A DNA stretch of 58,736 nt from an uncultured Aquificales bacterium (GTDB taxonomy: Bacteria > Thermosulfidibacterota > Thermosulfidibacteria > Thermosulfidibacterales > Thermosulfidibacteraceae), in contig CAYVOC010000002.1 in assembly GCA_964453345.1 (NCBI GenBank), positions 27,424-86,159 on the forward strand, given 5' to 3'. Shown here one piece after another: positions 53,922 through 58,736 of the stretch; the first letter of the stretch is position 1, and each line of letters starts with the position of its first letter. The position numbers and the translations under genes are program-made. The notes beneath the pieces were generated by a model. It was not told where the DNA came from. It saw only the letters and a list, made by a program, of their open reading frames with translations, and did no database searches.

Positions 53922-54167
53922 GTGATCCGCATACGCCTTATGAGGATGGGCAAGAAGCACAGACCCTTCTACAGGGTGGTTGTGGCAGATGCCAGGGCTC
54001 CCAGGGATGGCAAATTCATAGAGATACTGGGCTACTACGATCCCCTCAAGGAACCACCCGAAATCCAGATTGACGCCGAGAAAACAAAGGAGTGGCTCAA
54101 GAAGGGCGCTCAGCCCACGTCTCAGGCCCGCTGGGTCCTCAGAAAGGCCGGAGTCACCGTAAGCTAA
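53922..54167 (+). CDS. rpsP: 30S ribosomal protein S16
   Basis: IRL-RMG-K-RPFYR-VVAD-R--RDG, GYYDP, GAQPT. Confidence 0.98.
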   Translation: MIRIRLMRMGKKHRPFYRVVVADARAPRDGKFIEILGYYDPLKEPPEIQIDAEKTKEWLKKGAQPTSQARWVLRKAGVTVS

Positions 54168-54214
54168 AGCGTCTCCCTAACCCCGAAACTGGAAGTTGAA
54201 GATGGAGGTGGGGC

Positions 54215-54448
54215 ATGTTTAAGGAGCTGGTTGAGCAGATTGCTAAGGCCATAGCAGATCATCCGGATCAGGTTCAGGTCACAGAGGTTGTGGGAGAGAG
54301 GACCTGTGTGCTTGAACTGAGGGTTGCACCCGAAGACCTTGGAAAGATCATTGGCAGGCAGGGCAGAACCGCCCGGGCCATAAGAACCATACTATCCGCC
54401 GCTGCTACCAAGCAGGGCAAAAGAGCCGTTCTGGAGATTCTGGAGTAG
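54215..54448 (+). CDS. khpA: KH-domain RNA-binding protein KhpA
   Basis: [17 protein letters not shown]; located between rpsP and rimM. Confidence 0.94.
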   Translation: MFKELVEQIAKAIADHPDQVQVTEVVGERTCVLELRVAPEDLGKIIGRQGRTARAIRTILSAAATKQGKRAVLEILE

Positions 54449-54519
54449 ATAAAGAGCGCGGGGTTAGGGAGAAAATTCGCAACTTAGGGGCGGGGCCTCC
54501 GCCCCATCCCTTTTCAGCC

Positions 54520-55023
54520 ATGAAGAAGGATGGGTTTGCGATAGTAAGCAAAATCCTCGGTCCCTTCGGCCTGCAGGGAGAAGCCAAGTGTTCCATAGAA
54601 ACCGATCTGCCCGAGAACATCACCCAGCAGGTGGGATTCTACCTCAGAAAGGGAACAAGAAGGATATACATGGAGGTTGAATACATAAGGCCCGTCCACA
54701 GGGCCTTCATCATAAAGTTCAAGGGACTTGATACCCCGGAAGCCGTCAAGTTCTTCAAGGGATGGTTTCTGGAGGTAAGATACGAAGATCTCGTCCCCCT
54801 GGAGGAAGGCGAGCACTACTGGTTCGAGCTTATAGGCCTGAAAGTCTTCACAAAGAGCGGGGAGTTCGTGGGCACGGTTGAGGATATAATGGCAACCGGC
54901 GCCCATGATGTTTTTGTAATAAAAGATGGTGAAAGGGAGGTGCTTGTCCCCTCCGTCTTTACGGAGAAGATAGACACCGATGAAGGCATCATGATCATAG
55001 ATCCTGTTGAGGGGCTGCTGTGA
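54520..55023 (+). CDS. rimM: Ribosome maturation factor RimM
   Basis: [23 protein letters not shown]. Confidence 0.94.
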   Translation: MKKDGFAIVSKILGPFGLQGEAKCSIETDLPENITQQVGFYLRKGTRRIYMEVEYIRPVHRAFIIKFKGLDTPEAVKFFKGWFLEVRYEDLVPLEEGEHYWFELIGLKVFTKSGEFVGTVEDIMATGAHDVFVIKDGEREVLVPSVFTEKIDTDEGIMIIDPVEGLL

Positions 55024-55763
55024 CCTTCTGCGTCGTAACCATCTTCCCCGAGATCTTCTCCGCCCTTAACCACGGCGTCATAGGAAAGGCCCTTGAAAGG
55101 GGGATTGTAAAGCTTGTTCTGATCAACCCCCGGGACTTCACCACCGACAAGCACAGAACCGTTGACGACGAACCCTACGGCGGCGGAGCCGGCATGGTGA
55201 TGAAGCCGGAACCCTTAGTTGCAGCCATAGAGAGGGCAAAAGAGATCCTCAAAGAAACCAGGGTGTTTCTACTTTCCCCAAGGGGCGAAACCTTCAACCA
55301 GTCCATGGCCCTGAGACTCTCAAAGGAGAAGAGCCTGACATTGGTGTGCGGAAGATACGAGGGCATAGACGAAAGGGTGAGCTTTTTCGTTGATGGATCG
55401 ATATCCATAGGCGACTACGTCCTTTCAGGCGGGGAATTCGCTGCGCTGAGCATAATAGATGCCGTCTCCCGCCACATTCCGGGGGTTCTCGGGTGTCAGG
55501 GTTCCCTTGTGGATGAATCCTTTAACCACGGACTTTTGGAGTATCCACAATACACCAGACCGGCACACTTCAGGGGATACAGCGTTCCGGAAGTCTTGAG
55601 ATCCGGAAACCACGCCCAGATAGAGCGCTGGAGGAGATTCCAGAGGATCAAGGAAACCTTCTTCAAAAGGCCGGATCTACTGGCAAGGGCGGATCTGACC
55701 AGGGAGGACAAGGAGTTTCTCGGGCACGTGATAAGGGGCAAACAATGGGAGAATTCTACCTGA
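55020..55763 (+). CDS. trmD: tRNA (guanine37-N1)-methyltransferase
   Basis: [44 protein letters not shown]. Confidence 0.98.
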   Translation: MTFCVVTIFPEIFSALNHGVIGKALERGIVKLVLINPRDFTTDKHRTVDDEPYGGGAGMVMKPEPLVAAIERAKEILKETRVFLLSPRGETFNQSMALRLSKEKSLTLVCGRYEGIDERVSFFVDGSISIGDYVLSGGEFAALSIIDAVSRHIPGVLGCQGSLVDESFNHGLLEYPQYTRPAHFRGYSVPEVLRSGNHAQIERWRRFQRIKETFFKRPDLLARADLTREDKEFLGHVIRGKQWENST

Positions 55764-56341
55764 TACTGGTTCACTACCCCGTATACAACAAAAGGGGAAA
55801 GGTGGTGGCCTCCTCAATAACGAACCTCGATATCCACGATCTATCGCGGCTTGTCAGAACCTACGAGGGAAAAGGCCTGATCATGACAACACCCCTTAAG
55901 GCCCAGAGGGCAATGATCGAGCGGATAACCTCCCACTGGAAAAGCGGCTTCGGAGCGGTATACAATCCAAACAGGGACGAGGCCCTAAAACTTGTCAAGG
56001 TGGTTCCATACCTTGAGGACGCCGTTGAGCTGATAGAGAAAGAGACGGGCAAAAGACCAATTCTTGTGGCAACCTCTGCAAGGGAACTTCCGGGAAAAAG
56101 AATCAGCTACGATAAGCTCGGCAGGATGATGGCGGAAACCGACGATGTTTTCGGCATCGTTCTGGGAACGGGCTGGGGGCTCACCGACGAAGTGGTGGAA
56201 AAGTGCGATTATCTTCTTGACCCTATTAAAGGTTTAGGTAATTATAACCACCTGTCCGTCAGGTGTGCGGCGGCAATAATTGTTGACAGATTGCTTGGTT
56301 GGAGGGAAAGCCATGAAGATGGATCCCGTGTTGGAGATTGA
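55745..56341 (+). CDS. SPOUT RNA methyltransferase (Methyltrn_RNA_4/TM1570-like)
   Basis: [46 protein letters not shown]. Confidence 0.88.
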   Translation: MGEFYLILVHYPVYNKRGKVVASSITNLDIHDLSRLVRTYEGKGLIMTTPLKAQRAMIERITSHWKSGFGAVYNPNRDEALKLVKVVPYLEDAVELIEKETGKRPILVATSARELPGKRISYDKLGRMMAETDDVFGIVLGTGWGLTDEVVEKCDYLLDPIKGLGNYNHLSVRCAAAIIVDRLLGWRESHEDGSRVGD

Positions 56342-56723
56342 GAAGGAGCAGCTTGAAAAGCTCAAAAAGGACTTCCCCGAGTTCTGGGTGGGAGACACCG
56401 TGAGGGTCTACTTCAGGATCATCGAGGGAAACAAGGAGCGCGTCCAGCCCTTCGAAGGTGTGGTGATAAAGTTCTCCGGCGGAATGCACAGGAGGACCTT
56501 CACCGTCAGAAGGACAACAGGCGGCATAGGCGTGGAGAGAACCTTCCCCCTGTATTCCCCGAGACTTGAAAAGATAGAGGTGATAAGAAGGGGTAAAGTT
56601 AGAAGGGCCAAGCTCTACTACCTCAGACAGCTCTCCGGAAAGGCTGCGAGGATCAAGGAGCGCTGGAGCTACACCAAGAAGAGCGAGCAGAAACAAGAAC
56701 AGGCCCAGGAAAGCGCCGAATAA
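56313..56723 (+). CDS. rplS: 50S ribosomal protein L19
   Basis: [38 protein letters not shown] 56313 behind GGAGG. Confidence 0.98.
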   Translation: MKMDPVLEIEKEQLEKLKKDFPEFWVGDTVRVYFRIIEGNKERVQPFEGVVIKFSGGMHRRTFTVRRTTGGIGVERTFPLYSPRLEKIEVIRRGKVRRAKLYYLRQLSGKAARIKERWSYTKKSEQKQEQAQESAE

Positions 56724-57211
56724 TGAAGAGGTTCGGCCCGTCACCACTATACATAATTCCCTCTGTGGTGATCTGGGCCGTTGTCCTCTTTTTAAACCTT
56801 GCCTTCCTGCAGAAGGGCAGGGTCTGGGGTGTAGGCTTTTTCGTGCTTTTTTTAGCCCCCATAACGGTCCTCTTGCTCTTTGTGAATTTCAGATACCTCA
56901 TTCTCAAAGAGGACAGCTTATGCTTCAGAACCATCCTCGGCACAAGGTGCATACCCCTTGATGAGATAGAGGGGGTGGAGCTGAAAAGGCTTGGCATAAG
57001 AAAGGTTATATGGGTCAGGGCAAGGGACGGGGTTATAATAAGCCCTCTGATATTCGGGAACCTTGAAGCCCTGAAAACGGCTCTCAGCGAAAGGCTCGGG
57101 GACAGATGTCAGAGGGAGGGCTGGGATCGTTCCATGGGAGACGCCCTCTTGCTTTATCTAACCGCCCTTTTCCTCCTGACCATAGTGGCTTCAAAACTTA
57201 TTTTGGGATAG
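56723..57211 (+). CDS. Hypothetical membrane protein (possible bacterial PH-like domain)
   Basis: Two N-terminal TMs, beta-rich core ([11 protein letters not shown]), C-terminal TM; TAATG coupling to rplS. Confidence 0.65.
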   Translation: MKRFGPSPLYIIPSVVIWAVVLFLNLAFLQKGRVWGVGFFVLFLAPITVLLLFVNFRYLILKEDSLCFRTILGTRCIPLDEIEGVELKRLGIRKVIWVRARDGVIISPLIFGNLEALKTALSERLGDRCQREGWDRSMGDALLLYLTALFLLTIVASKLILG

Positions 57212-57215
57212 AGGG

Positions 57216-58736
57216 ATGATAGCGGTAATAGACTTTGGATCCCAATACACACAGCTCATAGCAAGAAGGATAAGGGAACTTGGCATATACAGCGAGATAT
57301 TCCCTCCAACCATCCCAACAGACAAGATACCCCCTGAAGCCAGAGGGATCATTCTATCCGGTGGACCTGCAAGCGTGCACGATGAAAAGGCCCCCAGATG
57401 CTCTTCCCAGATACTCCAGATGGGCATTCCCATCCTGGGCATATGCTACGGAATGCAGCTGATAACCCACATGCTCGGCGGCGTGGTGGAAAGATCCTCC
57501 AAAAGAGAATACGGATACGCAGAGCTTGAGGTTCTGGATCACAGCGACATTTTCAAAGGCCTCCCCAAAAGATTTCAGGTCTGGATGAGCCACGGAGACA
57601 GGATCCTTGAGATGCCCCCCGGTTTTGAAGCCATAGCAAGAACCGCCAACAGCCCCATAGCCGCCTTCAGAAACAGGGAAAGGAAAATCTTCGGCCTGCA
57701 GTTCCACCCGGAGGTGGCCCACACAAGCCACGGCACCGAAATCCTTGAAAACTTCTCCGTCGGGATATGCGGCGCCCCAAGAAACTGGAACATGGAAGAC
57801 TTCGTGCAGAAAACGATAGAGGAAATCCGGGAAAGGGTAAAGGATGCAAAGGTCATCTGCGCCCTGTCGGGGGGTGTGGATTCTTCTGTAGTCACGGTTT
57901 TGATGCACAGGGCCATAGGGGACAACCTCATACCCATATTCGTTGACAACGGCCTTTTGCGCAAGAACGAAGCGCGCAATGTGCTTGAGACAATGAAGAA
58001 ACTCGGGGTCAAGGTCCACTTTGTTGACGCATCGGAAAGATTCCTTGAGGCCCTCAAGGGTGTCACCGATCCGGAAAAGAAGAGAAAAATCATCGGGGAG
58101 CTGTTCATAAGGGTCTTTGAAGAAGAGGCGAAGAAATTCCAAGGGGTGAAGTTCTTGGCCCAGGGAACCCTATACCCCGACGTCATAGAAAGCGTGTCCG
58201 TGTGGGGACCATCCGCAACCATAAAGAGCCACCACAACGTGGGAGGCCTTCCGGAAAGATTTGACTTTGAGCTGATAGAACCTCTGCGCTTCCTCTTCAA
58301 GGACGAGGTCCGAAAGATCGGAAAGATCCTCGGCATACCCGACAGAATAATAAACAGGCATCCCTTCCCGGGACCGGGGCTGGCGATAAGGGTGGTGGGA
58401 GAGGTGACCAAAGAAAAACTCGACATACTCCGCGAGGCGGACGCCATAGTTGTTGAAGAGATAAAAGGGGCAGGGCTCTACGAAAAGCTCTGGCAGGCCT
58501 TTGCGGTGCTTCTCCCGGTCAAAAGCGTTGGAGTAATGGGTGATGAGAGAACCTACGAGTATGTGATTGCCGTCAGGGCCGTTGAAAGCGTTGACGGCAT
58601 GACAGCAGACTGGGCCAAGCTGCCCTACGAAGTTCTACAGCGCATCTCCAACAGAATCATAAACGAGGTGCACGGGGTAAACAGGGTCGTATACGACATA
58701 TCCTCCAAACCCCCAAGCACCATAGAGTGGGAGTGA
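57216..58736 (+). CDS. guaA: GMP synthase (glutamine-hydrolysing)
   Basis: [49 protein letters not shown]. Confidence 0.99.
   Translation: MIAVIDFGSQYTQLIARRIRELGIYSEIFPPTIPTDKIPPEARGIILSGGPASVHDEKAPRCSSQILQMGIPILGICYGMQLITHMLGGVVERSSKREYGYAELEVLDHSDIFKGLPKRFQVWMSHGDRILEMPPGFEAIARTANSPIAAFRNRERKIFGLQFHPEVAHTSHGTEILENFSVGICGAPRNWNMEDFVQKTIEEIRERVKDAKVICALSGGVDSSVVTVLMHRAIGDNLIPIFVDNGLLRKNEARNVLETMKKLGVKVHFVDASERFLEALKGVTDPEKKRKIIGELFIRVFEEEAKKFQGVKFLAQGTLYPDVIESVSVWGPSATIKSHHNVGGLPERFDFELIEPLRFLFKDEVRKIGKILGIPDRIINRHPFPGPGLAIRVVGEVTKEKLDILREADAIVVEEIKGAGLYEKLWQAFAVLLPVKSVGVMGDERTYEYVIAVRAVESVDGMTADWAKLPYEVLQRISNRIINEVHGVNRVVYDISSKPPSTIEWE

Overview
A 58.7-kb, gene-dense chromosomal segment of an apparently thermophilic, anaerobic Gram-negative bacterium (protein style resembles Thermosulfidibacter/Aquificota or thermophilic Desulfobacterota; this is an impression, not a placement). 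It is mostly housekeeping: an 11-subunit complex I operon (nuoABCDHIJKLMN, no nuoEFG), argG, tsaD, rpoZ, yajC-secDF, rpe, rsmB, tRNA-Ser(GGA) plus SRP RNA, nfi, purB, hppA, prs-rplY-pth, rpsU, hflX, glnB, dtd and ffh-rpsP-khpA-rimM-trmD-rplS-guaA. I saw no CRISPR array, prophage, integrase or transposase. Best candidates for undescribed biology: (1) a four-gene module encoding a tandem DUF2226/DUF4388-like protein, an MglB roadblock protein, a membrane receptor that ends right after its HAMP domain, and an MglA GTPase, resembling a G-protein-coupled-receptor-like system; (2) a locus with a divergent marR, an AbfD-like Fe-S flavoprotein with altered catalytic residues, and two pairs of family III CoA-transferases in which one partner of each pair lacks the catalytic Asp; (3) NuoL with the ~27-aa lateral-helix extension of 2M-type complex I although only one nuoM is in the operon. 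Smaller oddities: an HppA with Glu at both the Na+-type and H+-type TM6 positions, a probable ATA start for hflX, a minimal sigma28-driven orphan flagellin, and an AAA+/DUF4143 gene with a double-palindrome operator. All family calls come from motif recognition by eye, and reference residue numbers are recalled, not computed.
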